Positions 15,795-15,878 of a stretch of 15,878 bases of DNA are shown in pieces. Source of the stretch: an uncultured archaeon. Lineage in GTDB: Archaea; Asgardarchaeota; Lokiarchaeia; Sigyniarchaeales; SOKP01. Location: positions 1 through 15,878 of the forward strand of contig CAZOYD010000072.1 of the NCBI GenBank assembly GCA_964583985.1, written 5' to 3'. How positions within the stretch are numbered: the first letter of the stretch is position 1; the number at the start of each line of letters is the position of its first letter. The notes below the pieces were generated by a model. It did not search any database. It saw only the letters and a list, made by a program, of their open reading frames with translations, and had not been told where the DNA came from. Made by a program: the position numbers and the translations under genes.

Positions 15795-15878
15795 AAATTG
15801 AAAAAGCTTATGAGGATCCTAGGGCTTATCAACCCAGTAAAGATACTGAAGGGCCTTTAAAACATGATGATACGCCTC

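Noticed and set aside
1-15878. Integrase, transposase, tRNA or rRNA genes
   Set aside because: None recognised by eye, so the mechanism of the proposed island is not shown within the window.

Overview
AT-rich archaeal window, most likely Asgard/Lokiarchaeia, inferred from two IPGY-TM-basic 'Loki-CTERM'-type sorting signals and archaeal BRE/TATA promoters. It looks like a variable insertion hotspot between a CTERM surface-protein gene (left edge) and a ChlI/ChlD-family AAA+ gene (right edge). The cargo is a TPR/zinc-ribbon protein, a fused Type IIG-like restriction-modification enzyme, an acidic hypothetical protein, a membrane-anchored prenyltransferase-repeat protein, two tiny AT-rich ORFs and a 1105-aa modular PD-(D/E)xK nuclease. 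The intergenic DNA holds several gene-end relics: a toxin-antitoxin junction, an inverted CTERM tail, and a diverged copy of the chlI promoter and 5' end. Two direct-repeat pairs bracket the cargo blocks. Most notable: (i) a 30-nt stop-containing segment in the chlI/D gene that folds as an imperfect bulge-helix-bulge and whose removal restores the frame (candidate archaeal mRNA intron); (ii) an apparently integrase-free tandem island structure at the chlI promoter; (iii) a chimeric repeat-array nuclease. All alignments, folds and counts were done by hand; no database searches were run.
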